Notes: generated by a model from the letters alone, not told the origin. A DNA stretch of 64,000 bases from Owenia fusiformis (GCA_903813345.2 CAIIXF020000001.1:42408001-42472000); one strand, 5' to 3'; positions 1 through 11,083 are shown, counted from the first letter of the stretch. Translations and numbers: made by a program.

Positions 1-19
1 TATTTTCTATCTATTTCAG

Positions 20-160
20 GGGATAAAGAATTGGCCAAGGAAAAATGGGTTGCCATCACCAACCATCTAATAGATGTCCACAAGCACAGGGGACATGTCC
101 ATTTTAAAGAATGTGACCACCCATTAAACTATGCTAGGACCAAGGATTACTTTACACCAG
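20..160 (+). CDS. Kolobok-type transposase, internal exon (DKELAKEKWVAITNHLIDVHKHRGHVHFKECDHPL...)
   Basis: TTTCAG acceptor ends at 19 and GT donor is at 161. Open frame with a W-x4-NH-x4-H...F-x2-C-x-H motif. Phase matches the next exon. Confidence 0.8.
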
Positions 161-555
161 GTAATCAGTAAAAATCTTTTCCATTTCCATCCACAGTCTA
201 TGTTGCACCTTTAAATTGGCGTTCTGGTCTTGGATTGTGATATTGGTTCTTGAACGGTGGGGGAAAGGGGGTATTAGATATTGTTTCTTTTCATGTTAGA
301 TCATGGTTTTGAGATATATGGGGTTTGTTTTTCTCATCTGGCATGCACTTAGCGTTTCTTTTTTCTTGTTGAGTTCCATTGCAACTTTTGCTCCTTTCCC
401 TTTGGCACTTGTGCTTAGATATATATATGTTAGGAGGCATAATACTTTATGATGCAATTGATTATCCATCTAAATATAGTTTCATGAAATCAAAAGATCA
501 GCGCATTATCAAGATGTTTGATTTGAAGCAGTCTCAGTATTTTCAATTTTTTTAG

Positions 556-727
556 GTACTGAAGTATATGAAGACCTAACATCTTTGCTTATGAATAGGA
601 AGCTTGTGAAGGATATTTCGAGAGTGTCTCCATGTGGCCAAACAGCATCTTTGGAGGGGTACCATGCTTTGGTATGCCACTTCGCCCCAAAAATGTACCA
701 CTTTGGCTATGAAGGGATGAAAAGCAG
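556..727 (+). CDS. Kolobok-type transposase, exon with the probable catalytic Glu (..KDISRVSPCGQTASLEGYHALVCHFAPKMYHFGYEGMKSR)
   Basis: Polypyrimidine-TAG acceptor ends at 555 and GTAGG donor is at 728. Carries the T-x2-LE-x2-H-x5-FAPK motif typical of this DDE transposase group. Confidence 0.85.
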
Positions 728-1224
728 GTAGGCCTAACAATGTTTCTCAAGTGTATACAGTTTGGCAGAGAAAAGAAATTTCATTAAATTATGTTGTTAA
801 CCCTTAAATGGTTAGGGGCAAAGATCTGCCCCCCCCCCTTAATCGTTATTCTCTAACTGTTTAAGGGTAAACTCTCATTAAAATGAATTTGAAAATTTGA
901 TATCTCCTTTCTTGCTGTATTGTTTTGAAACTCATACCCTGGTCTAAGTACTTTCACAAAGGTGAGCGGTGGAATTCAATATCTTTAACAGTGTAAAAGT
1001 CCAAATATTTTGGAATGTTAAAGTTATATGTATCAATACAATAGCCAGATTTGCCCAAGGTTGTTTAACTTTTCCACAAATTCTAGAGGGAGTTGATTTT
1101 GGACAAGTTTTGCCCTAAATGACATGACAATTGCTCATAATGTTTGAAAAACTGCTACGAGTCTGCAAATGTTGTATAATTATTTAAATACTAATCATTG
1201 GTTAATGCATTATGACTTTTTCAG

Positions 1225-1542
1225 ACTTCAACTTGCTGCAATTCACTACAATGAGAATGCGGGTAGAGCATATGGAAGGAAGAAAGATGGTACTATCAAA
1301 CTTAATTTGTTCTACCCAAGGAACAAGGTTCACGAGGCCACTGTGAGAGAAGTCAGATCAAGAATGACATTCAGCTAGCATACCTGCTTATGCATCGGGA
1401 AGAGGCCAGACTAATAGTGAACTCCTTTAATGGCCCCCGACCACTATCACTGGAGGAACCATTCCATGACAAACAGGAAGTGTTTGACCTGCGACAGCCA
1501 CGGGCAAGGTTTGGAAATGTGGAAGACCCAGAAGGACAATGA
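1225..1542 (+). pseudogene. Kolobok-type transposase, last exon, with apparent frameshift near 1377
   Basis: TTTTTCAG acceptor ends at 1224. LQLAAIHYNENAGR...YPR...MTFS ends at TAG 1376-1378. A shifted frame continues AYLLMHREEARL...PRPLSLEEPFHDKQEVFDLRQPRARF to TGA 1540-1542, which resembles the expected C-terminal tail. Confidence 0.7.
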
Positions 1543-2747
1543 ACATTAGACTGTACACAACATTGTACACAAGTGTTAACAGTGGTGATTGTTCAGGACT
1601 TGATTGAATGAATGATTTTACAACATTTCAGACTCGTTTTGTAAGGGAATGGAATGTTACATACATTTGACAGAATGGAGTAAAAAGGTAGTAATATGCC
1701 ATTTCATCAACAAACACAAGTTGATATTCTCAGATATTCTAACTTAAACCAACAGATTTTTTGTGGGATCATTCCATCATATAGTTCACAGTTACCATTT
1801 TTAATAATGGATTTTCATTGGTGTCATTTGCTAGTTGAGTTTATACAAACAATCAATTCTAAGGGAAAGGAATGTAAGGGAATGGAATGTTACATACAAA
1901 CAATCAATTCTTCTCTAAAGATCATCTTTATATTTTAACTATCATTCTTCAATTCCAATAAATGACTGTTAATGTAGTAAGTCGTGTAAAAAATGGTATT
2001 GTCATTCCTTGAACAAATCTGAATAGTTGTGTCTTGGTGACCATGCATGAAGTGGTAAAAATCATATGATATACATTTAAAATGTATGATTGATCGACCC
2101 GACTTTTCTCACCTGCATTTTCATTTGTGTGTTATAATCTCCCTAAAAGGTATTCTGAACCCACCTTTCAGGATTCAGCATTTGTAACAAGCCTGACAAA
2201 TTCAATTGTCGTTCTTCATTCATGTTAATGGATATAAAAGATTGATTTGGAGGGAACCATCTTCAGTGTGTGTTCTACTGTACTTCTGGTAATGTTCGCT
2301 TGCTACTATATTTCGACATTTTTGAGCTTTTTTTTTAATTTCACAGCATTTAATTTTCACAGATTTGTGACTTCTCACAATTGTATTAATTAAAATTAAA
2401 ATTCTCCCAAAGCTCAAGAAGCGCGAAATATAGTAGCAATATTGTGTTACTGAACTAATTAAGTAAAAAATTAATAAAGAGAAGACAATATTGAATATCT
2501 AGGAAATGGTTGTGCTGTCATTATTATTGACCTAGTTATTATATTTTATAGTCCCCTAGAATAGGGGAATAGGATGTTGTTTGGCCTTGGTAATGATGCC
2601 AGTGTTATTTTGGTGGTGAGCTTTTGCTTATAATTAGCATAATCAGCTGATAGAAAATTTCTTACCAATAATTCAATTATTCTGTATCAATACATTTCAG
2701 GTATAAAGAAAAAATTCATAAATCTGATTCTCTTTTGTAAGTAATAG

Positions 2748-2861
2748 TGTTTTTTGAGGCAGTTCTCTCTGCCAGTCTTGAAAAAGACTGTGATGTTTTT
2801 TAAGGCAGTTGTCTCTGCCAGTCTTGAAAAAGACTGTGTTGATTTAGGCAGTTGTCTCTGC
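2748..2861. repeat. Short tandem repeat, about 45-bp unit x2.5, just downstream of the KolX stop
   Basis: AGGCAGTT(C/G)TCTCTGCCAGTCTTGAAAAAGACTGTG occurs twice, followed by a partial third copy. Confidence 0.8.
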
Positions 2862-2869
2862 ATGTCTGT

Positions 2870-3562
2870 TTAGGCATCCCTGAATCCTACGAACTCATAT
2901 AGCTCCTCAAATTGTTCTGGAGGTGGATGGTGAGCTCTGATGCAACACACTGCACATGATGGAAGGGGGACCCTGACTTGCGGACCAAGAACACCCCATC
3001 CAGCTGAGGCAAGTTGTCTGTAACCAATGTGACGCAAGCGCCTGGACAGTTCTCCGTTGAATGGCTGGTTGTACTGCTTACGGTAGGTTTTCCAGGCACT
3101 TTCCAAAGTCCACCTATTGATGCAGAGTCCATGAAAATTAGGATTTTCTGTTATGCATCCTGGAAGGGTAGAGCACTCCCCAATATTTACAGACTCCATG
3201 TTCAGTTTGGACATCTGGGGAATGTGTTTGCAGCAAATGTTCTCATCAGCTAAGTCCATTGGTTGGCAGTTGCCACACGAGCACCAGGATTCTAGATCAG
3301 ATGGATCACCGGGGGGATCATACCGGTCACTAGGCCTAGATCTAGTTGTGGAATTTTGGCCCTCGGTCTCCAGTTGATTTTTCTTACTTTTTTTCTCAGT
3401 AATTTTCTGGGCAGTTCCAGCTTCTGGCTCGAATTGACACATGCTGACGGTGTTTCCCGAGCTGTATAGTTCATCTTCAAGCTTGGTTCTTTCAGACAGT
3501 GATTCGAAGTCTGAATTTACTTCAGATTCTGAGCTACTTGAACTGGACGAATTATTTCCCAT
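2870..3562 (-). CDS. KolX-like accessory protein (P2X7 cytoplasmic ballast / nanor-like Zn-binding Cys-rich domain), 230 aa, intronless
   Basis: Acidic, Ser-rich N-terminus followed by WCSCGNC-x2-M...ENICC...CITENPNF-x2-LC...RHIGYRQ...GVLG-x2-VRVPLPSCAV-x2-IR-x3-P, the motif series of the P2X7 ballast domain. Confidence 0.9.
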   Translation of the reverse strand: MGNNSSSSSSSESEVNSDFESLSERTKLEDELYSSGNTVSMCQFEPEAGTAQKITEKKSKKNQLETEGQNSTTRSRPSDRYDPPGDPSDLESWCSCGNCQPMDLADENICCKHIPQMSKLNMESVNIGECSTLPGCITENPNFHGLCINRWTLESAWKTYRKQYNQPFNGELSRRLRHIGYRQLASAGWGVLGPQVRVPLPSCAVCCIRAHHPPPEQFEELYEFVGFRDA

Positions 3563-5793
3563 GATGGCCAGAATTTAGTAACTGGTAAGGGCAAAATTGC
3601 ATTGTTCTACAATATTTTCTTATAATACACTCAATAATGCAAAGTTTTGGTAGATGATCATGATAATATTATTATTGAGACAAAATATACGTTGAGAAGA
3701 CTTTATACTTTAGAAATAATTGAGATTTTATTCGCATCTTGACATAGGAAAAATCACTTCCGGGTATGAATATTTTCTAATTCTGGATGTTTGAATCAAA
3801 TTTACGGTTGCAAATCGCAATCTAAATAAAATTGAAATGTAAATAGTCAAAGTTTAAACGATTTCAACTTGTTTTAATGCGAAATGGTTTTGTTTAGTGG
3901 TAGTTTTTGGAGGGTAAGTGAACGTTTTTAACTTGCCCAATAACAATTCGAGTCCCGCCTTTGCATACGTCACGTGGTCACGTGTAACAACAAAGTGAGA
4001 ATTTCACCTACTCAAAACACGTGCTTCGAAATAACAGCAAAACGGGACATATTTTTTCTATTTAAAGTACGTTGTTGGTTCAACTTTGTTTTCTGTGTTA
4101 CCCATACAGCATAAACGAATCACTAGAAAGGTATTTACGTGAAAAATAAAGTTTAAACTGACATCTTTAATGATTCTTAAATGAGAATTTGCGTGAAACC
4201 TATTTAATGTCGATATAATGACGCCAATCAAATAGTTATATAATTCTGAGCAGTTCATTTAATAGGATACTAGATAAGAAGTAAATAAATAAGAAATAAT
4301 ACTTAGAACTGTGGATTACATTGGCCAATAAAATGTGAACTCAATGCAAAACATTGAAAACACAATAAGAGTAAATTTAAGTGTTAATGGTAAATCCGTT
4401 TCATGATGTTATTCGATAGATAGATGCTTTTATTAATCTCTCGATATATATCAATGTGAATGATAACAAAGAAACAATGTAATATAAGTGAATTTTGTTC
4501 TGAATCAGTGACTTTAAGTGTTATTGTTAGTGCCTCGATTCTCGTCAAATATGGTGGTCGATAGTTTTGATTATTGAACATATATGAATGCCAAGATGAA
4601 CTAAAACGATTTTCCCTGCCAAAACTCACATGATGTCTAAAACTTTTTAAATGCTTTATAGCCAGAGGTATTTACTAGGATGTTTACTTTGCACAATTAT
4701 TATTGATTCAGTATTCTAGGTCCTAGAATGTGTTTTCTATCCTCTCCCCTTTTCGATAGAAATGACAAGCACAGTTATGGCTTGGATTCATTTTGGGTCA
4801 CCATAAACCAGGCAATCGACCAATCAAGTAGTAGACGCTTCATCTTTGAGATTTAACTCAGAATTGTCTAATATCAAACAAAATAGCGCCCTCAAAATTT
4901 TCGAATTACGCTGCGAATAATATTATGTCGTGTTAACCAATATCATGGCTTCATATTTCACATCAAGATAAAGATAGATATGCTGAATGTGCCTACATCA
5001 ATTAAAACATCACATCGAAGTGTATTATTTGAGAACTAGCCGGTGAAAATTCGAAAAAACGAATGTTGTAAGCGAGAGACGTAATTATGTCTGTTATCTC
5101 TAAAGTTCTGGAGCTTTCCCTCCTCTTGTTTAATATGAAACATCTGTACCAATTTCAAAAAGATTGGTCCAGTAGTATTGAAATGGCAACTCAACATTGC
5201 TACTTCTGGATCACCCTGTATATCATATGATTCCAGTAGATTCTTGTGCTTTCATTAACTAATAATGTTTCTCCTTAGGGGGAATGGCCCGTGGCAAAGT
5301 CGGTCCTATTCACCTTTCCCCAAAGTCAGCTCATGAATATTATAATTAGCAAATCTGAAATCTCTGACGTCAGAGTAGGGCAGATTTTTGCGGGAACATC
5401 TAAACACATTAGGAGTCAATGTGAATCGTGACGGAAACGGGTTACTTTTATTGTCAAATTATGTTGAATAGTAATAATATTTATGATAAATGTCATGGAA
5501 TTGAATTAATTATACTCACGTCTATATCCCCCTTCTTTATATTGTTCTGGGAAATCAAATAAATAGAGAAATATTAATGTGAAGAGTCCAATGTTTCCTA
5601 CATACATTTTCAAATTACGCCGACTGTACAAAACCCCATGTTTAGTTCTTGACTGTCAAAATGTCAACATCTCATGGTAATCTTAAGTTCGTGTAATATT
5701 TTCTCATGGGGTGAAGAAGGGGATACGGCTTAACCTTGACTCTATGACTATTCGACTCTCAAATCTGGGCCAACGGTGCGTTATTATCGCTTA

Positions 5794-6601
5794 CCCTACT
5801 ATCACACCAAACTAGTTCTCACTACGTTCTCGAAAACGGGCTTCAACTGTGTACGAACGGACTGGACGTACTAAGAACCGTTTGGGATCTATTTACAAAC
5901 TTCATCGAACGTACTCGAACGGGTAGGTCCTCTAGAACTTAGATAATGCTCAAAATGTTCTCGTGGTCGTCACGTTCTACAATTTGAACGAGTGACAACG
6001 TACTAACGACGAGCTGGACGTACTACGAACGGAACCGTCGTACTTCAATCCTACTAGGGACGTTTTAACAACGAGTTGAACTGTCTGAGGACGTGTTGAG
6101 AACGAGGTAGAACTCATTGCAAACGGGTTTAAACTGATTAAGAACGTATTTAACACTGCTTATGATCGAGTTAGCAAAAATATAGCTATCACACCAAACA
6201 AGTTGCCACTGCGTTCTTCAAAACTGGTTTTAAACTGTGTGCGAACGAAATGAACGTAGCTGCAACTTTCTAAGGACTATTTACGAACTTTATGAACGTT
6301 CTCAGACGGGAATATGATTTTAGAATTTTGAATCGATTCAAAATTCGATTGCGACCATACCGTTCTGTTATCAGGTCATGATGACCTTCTAGACTAAGGG
6401 ACGCGTTCTACGGCGTTGCACACCGTCGTGGTGCGACCTGAACAAACTGCGAACGAGATGGACGTATTGAAGACTGTTCAAGAACGAAGAAGCTAATTAT
6501 TTCAGACATATTTCCCGACCACAACCAGATTGAGCCCGTTTTACGACGTTTTCGTAGGACTAGCAAGAACGGGTAAGAACGAGTTTGGTGTGATAGGGGG
6601 G
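5794..6601 (+). mobile_element. Family A non-autonomous element (PIF/Harbinger-like), copy 1, 808 bp
   Basis: TIR CCCTACTATCACACCAAACTAGTTCT / AGAACGAGTTTGGTGTGATAGGGGGG with TTA TSD on both sides. Highly similar copies start at 10269 and 41565. Confidence 0.9.
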
Positions 6602-6885
6602 TTACGTTCAGCCAGACATTGTACCACATGACAATGTTACTTTTATGTCTGCCAAAGAATTTGACAATAGTTACATGAGTGATGACTAATTTCACTGAAC
6701 AATGTTAAAGTCGTTCATGTATGCTTTGAGACAATGTACCAGAGTTGCTTGTTTTACCCACGATCGTCTATTTCAAGAGATTTATCTCTTGAAAAGCCCA
6801 TGGGCGTTCTTATAAATATCGATCTTTAAGAGAACTATCAGGATATTTTTGGACGTAGACCTACAAGAGAGAAACTCCGGCAATT

Positions 6886-6954
6886 CAAGCCCGTAGTCAG
6901 GATTTACTTTGGGGAGCGGTTTTACTAAGGGGTAACTTTTTGACTACGGGCCTG
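6886..6954. mobile_element. 69-bp mini-MITE (CAGGCCCGTAGTCA-type ends)
   Basis: CAAGCCCGTAGTCA ... TGACTACGGGCCTG with flanks CAATT/TAATT. Same ends as 50397-50559. Confidence 0.65.
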
Positions 6955-7059
6955 TAATTAAGCTTTGAATTGCAATTAAAATGCAAACTACTACAGTATG
7001 ATGAATATTAGTTACTTCAATATATAATTTGACCATGAGCAATCGCAAATTATTGGGTC

Positions 7060-7687
7060 TGTTACGCGGTATATGGCATACATTCATGGTTGCGCGGTAT
7101 TTGTGATACGGGTGAATATGCCATATTCACCTGCGGTATATGGCATATTCCGCAGGTGAGGATGCGATATTCCGCAGTGAATATGCGATACATTGATTTC
7201 AGTGAATACCCGATACTCACCTGCGGAATATGTCATACTCACTCGCGGAATATGCCATATACCGCAGGTGAATATGACATATACCGCAGGTGAAAACGTG
7301 ATATAGAAAGCCTTGATTTGATTGGTTGCGAGAATCGACTCTAAATGTAAAACTACGCTGAATTACCGATATAGTTAGTGGGTCGAGTACTAATATATGA
7401 ATCCTGGATTGATTAAGTAAGTTTATTACGCGAGTTTGGTGACCGATACTTCTGCTAAGTTAATATATTCGATACACAGTACTGTTGATTCAGTAATCAT
7501 TATAATAATCTATAACGTTTTACTTGTTCAATCGAGGCAATTGACAATTGCGTACTTCCGTATCACGTTCTCATTGGTTAGTGTGTATGCCATATACCGC
7601 AAGTGAATCTGTCATACACCGCAAGTGAATATGCCATATTCGTTGCGGAATATGACATATTTTTTGTATCGTGTTTACCGCGTAATA
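7060..7687 (+). mobile_element. Family B non-autonomous element, TGT...A(C/T)A ends, 5-bp TSD (Ginger-like), copy 1
   Basis: TGTTACGCGG ... CCGCGTAATA with GGGTC duplicated on both sides. Many internal ~22-bp TTCACCTGCGGTATATGGCATA-type repeats in both orientations. An inverted copy starts at 58492. Confidence 0.85.
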
Positions 7688-8123
7688 GGGTCAACCCGAT
7701 GAGAAAAATGCAAGTGGACTCTGACATTTAAAACTGTTCCTCATATACTTTTTATTAGAAACATAATGAACTATTTAATTGAATAATCATGATAAATGTA
7801 TATTATTGTTTGAATGATTGTCAATCTGGTTTGCGTAGTTGGATTCACTTTGTTCAAAGATGAGCACTCGTATCACAATTATTTCTATGGTTTGATTTAC
7901 CGGATGGTGTATTTAAGACACAGCTTAAGACAAAATAGTCAGAAAAATATATTTCACTTAGTTTTGTTATCATTTTATAATGAGATCTATTTCACTCAAT
8001 CGGCGATCTAATACTAATTGAAGTTTTGGCGCGAAATGTGCCCTGCTTTGACGTCATTGATTTTCATCGTCCAATCAGCGAAGCGGTCAAATGAGTACAC
8101 TTTGGACTTTGGGGAAAGGTGAA

Positions 8124-8190
8124 TAGCTCAGTGGTAGAGCAATCGCCTTGTAAGCGAGGAGTCGTGGGTTCGATCCCCACAGGGGTGGAC
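8124..8190 (+). repeat. tRNA-derived sequence (Thr-TGT-like; SINE head or tRNA pseudogene), 5' end split off by an insertion
   Basis: A box TAGCTCAGTGGTAGAGC, anticodon arm TCGC-CTTGTAA-GCGA, T arm GTGGG-TTCGATC-CCCAC. The acceptor stem does not pair. Confidence 0.75.
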
Positions 8191-8439
8191 TGACTTTTTC
8201 ACATCAGCTCTTAGCGCAGGATTTCATTCTGTATTTTCATTTTATACATGGCAAATCAAAAAATTGTCAACAAATCTCACCATGATTCAGTACTAAGATT
8301 CTACATAGTAGAAAGTACTTATTTTACTCTAATTGGCTACTATTAACGCTCCGTAAGCTATGATAGATATAAACTAAGGTTACATATTAAACAGACAATA
8401 ATCACACAAGTTATTTTTATCGCATCCTTGTGTGCTATA

Positions 8440-8910
8440 TTGTGATCAGTTTGTCAGGTGGGTAGGCGGGCGGTCGGTTGGTTGGGTGGGCGTACAGGTT
8501 TCCAGCGAACCCGTTTCAGAGATTCATCTGAAATCTTCAGGGATGTTTCTACCTATGAAGGAACTGATTAGTCGGCATTCTGGGTAAATGTCAAGGCGGC
8601 CGTTTTGGTCGCCAGGTTTCACGCCAAACTGTTTCATGGATTCATCTGAAATTGTTAGGGATATTTCTACGTATGAAAGGTTTATGGATTCATCTCCATT
8701 TTCAGGGATATATTTACATATTAAAACTTAAAACTGATTAGTTTGTGGGTATTCTGGATAAATTTTAAGGCCAATTTGGATTCTTCATCCTGAAATCTTG
8801 TCTGTTAAGGCTTGTCTACAGGTTGCCAGCTAACCGTTTCAGGGATTCATCTGAATGTTGAACTACGAATGAAAGTTTAGAGCTGATTATTTTTGGGGCA
8901 GTCTGGATAC
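8440..8910 (+). repeat. Degenerate element with a GGT/GGC microsatellite head and diverged core repeats (pearl/HINE-like)
   Basis: GGTGGGTAGGCGGGCGGTCGGTTGG tract followed by recurring GTTTCA-x2-GATTCATCTGAA motifs near 8513, 8632 and 8837. Confidence 0.45.
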
Positions 8911-10268
8911 ATGTTAGGGCGCAAATTCCGTATTTTCCAGCTCGAAAACAGAATTCTTTTCAAGGCTGTGATTCTGGTAATTCTGTGTCTTGTTATTACT
9001 CGTCTTCGAATAAGGCGAATCTATAAAAATGTACCATATTCGAGCTAAAGGTGAGTTATTTTAGGATGTAATTTCAAAGTGTGTGTAGGATGCCCATGTT
9101 CATTTCGAGATATCTAGCTATAGACGGCCCATTTTACTATTCGATATGTCCTAAAATAAAAAATGATTTTTTTTTATAAAAGCAGATATCATTTTACAGA
9201 TTGGGAGAGTTTTTGAACCAGTAGTCACAATCGCATGTTTCTGTTTCGTTCTTATATCTTGGTCTGAGATCATCATCTGATTGGAACAGTGCAACTTTTG
9301 AAGTGTGTTGCTTGTTATATTATTGTCCTGGTGCACTAAAAATGATCCACGGCGTCTGCTTTTCTGATATACCAAACAAGGCTGTGGTAACAATCAAACA
9401 TATACTTTTATCCACGACAACTCTTCTATTCTTGGTGAAGAGTGCTTAAAATGTCAGTACACGTGCCAAAAAGGTGGAAGATCAAAAGTATTACATATTA
9501 TGCAAACCTATATCATAACAATACGTGTTGAAGAACAAAAAATGTTTCCAACACTCTTGACAATACTCTAAAATCTAAAGACACTTTCTTGTGTGGACTA
9601 ACTCTAAGATAGCAGATAAATCCACTAATCCAGAGATGCTAGCGTGTAATTTATTACTCAGACGAGTAATGATTATGTCCATTTATATTGTAAGTAATGC
9701 CATGAACAACAAGGCTAATCCTGGGGTATTAGCTATCACTAATTAAATGCAAACCTTTTTAAATTAACATCGATCTCATATCTATGAATAGCTAAAGAAA
9801 CGCATTACTCATCAAATATGACACAAACGTTTCAATGTGATATTTACGTAGGATCATATGATAAGGATTTTGAGATGTATCAATTAATATCAGTCAAACT
9901 CAAAATTCATTTTCATTTCTTAAGTCACTGTTTTACGATGTTCAGTTTTTGGATTTTGAGAGTTCAATTTATATACATCGAGGCTTTGATATTGAGTCAA
10001 TCCATCGATAAGGCTCATGAACACTTTGATGTCCCTCTGCCTTTGGAGTGACAAAAAATGATTAAATCTGTGAATACAGTTCCTGAAATAACTCTTTAAC
10101 AGCGCCATTCTTTAATGGGAATGTGACAGCGATGCATGCTGAATTGTTTACATGTTACAGGTAATACTATGTATTATGATAACAATAATCAAAATTAACA
10201 TGTTAAACATGATGACAGCAACTGAATGGGAATGAGAACAAACTGATGAGGACTTATTAACAGATTAA

Positions 10269-11083
10269 CCCTACTATCACATCAAACTAGTTCTCACTAC
10301 GTTCTCGAAAACGGGCTTCAACTGTGTACGAACGGACTGGACCTACTAAGAACCGTTTTGGATCTATTTACAAACTTCATCGAACGTACTCGAACGGGTA
10401 GGTCCTCTAGAACTTAGACAATGCTCAAAATGTTCTCGTGGTCGTCACGTTCCACAATTAGAACGAGTGACAACGTACTAACGACGAGCTGGACGTACTA
10501 CGAACGGAACCGTCGTACTTCGATCCTACTAGGGACGTTTTAACAACGAGTTGAACTGTCTGAGGACGTGTTGAGAACGAGGTAGAACTAATTGCAAACG
10601 GGTTTAAACTGATTAAGAACGTATTTAACACTGCTTATGAACGAGTTAGCAAAAATATACCTATCAAACCAAACAAGTTGCCACTGCGTTCTTCAAAACT
10701 GGTTTTAAACTGTGTGCGAACGGAATGAACGTAGCTGCAACTTTCTAAGGTCTATTTACGAACTTTATGAACGTTCTCAGGCGGGAATGTGATTTAAGAA
10801 TTTTGAATCGATTCAAAATTCGATCGCGACCATACCGTTCTGTAATCAGGTCATGTTGACCTTCTAGACTAAGGAACGCGTTTTTACTACGTCTACGTTG
10901 CACACCGTTGCGTTGCGACCTAAACGAACTGCGAACGAGATGGACGTATTGAAGACTGTTTAAAAACGAAGAAGTTAAATATTTCTGACATATTTCCCGA
11001 CCACAGCCAGATTGAGCCCGTTTTACGACGTTTTCGTAGGACTGGCAAGAACGGGTAAGAACTAGTTTGGTGTGATAGGGGGG
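10269..11083 (+). mobile_element. Family A element, copy 2
   Basis: Collinear with 5794-6601; flanks are TAA / TTA. Confidence 0.9.

Larger units (their letters stand above)
1..4166 (+). mobile_element. Kolobok-type DNA transposon, right portion (left end outside window)
   Basis: Spliced transposase exons (+) converge on a KolX-like ORF (-). Candidate right terminus ...AACTGACATCT is followed by TTAA at 4167-4170, which reads TTAA-AGATGTCAG on the - strand and fits the Kolobok RR...YY termini with TTAA TSD. The terminus cannot be confirmed without the left end. Confidence 0.75.
5309..8123. mobile_element. Non-autonomous TIR element with TA TSD (about 1.3 kb net), host of three nested insertions
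   Basis: 19-bp perfect TIR TTCACCTTTCCCCAAAGTC (5309) / GACTTTGGGGAAAGGTGAA (ends 8123), with TA at 5307-5308 and 8124-8125. Confidence 0.75.

Noticed and set aside
797..1125. piggyBac-like end (TTAA-CCCTT...) in transposase intron
   Set aside because: No matching right terminus with TTAA was found; too degenerate to call.
2870..3562. Calling the Cys-rich ORF a P2X7 purinoceptor gene
   Set aside because: No transmembrane or ATP-binding ectodomain. Only the ballast-like domain is present, and it lies in a transposon context.
4870..5220. Tc1-type terminus GGATCACCCTG-TA at about 5208-5220
   Set aside because: Only one end is visible, so boundaries cannot be supported.
6408..6695. Recurrent ORFs (also 10920-11120, 41543-41758, 42160-42426) with near-identical peptides
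   Set aside because: They are translations of family A repeat copies that start in unrelated flanks, with no protein motif.
8124..8190. Functional tRNA-Thr(TGT) gene
   Set aside because: The 5' acceptor strand is displaced by an insertion, and even the rebuilt acceptor stem does not pair.
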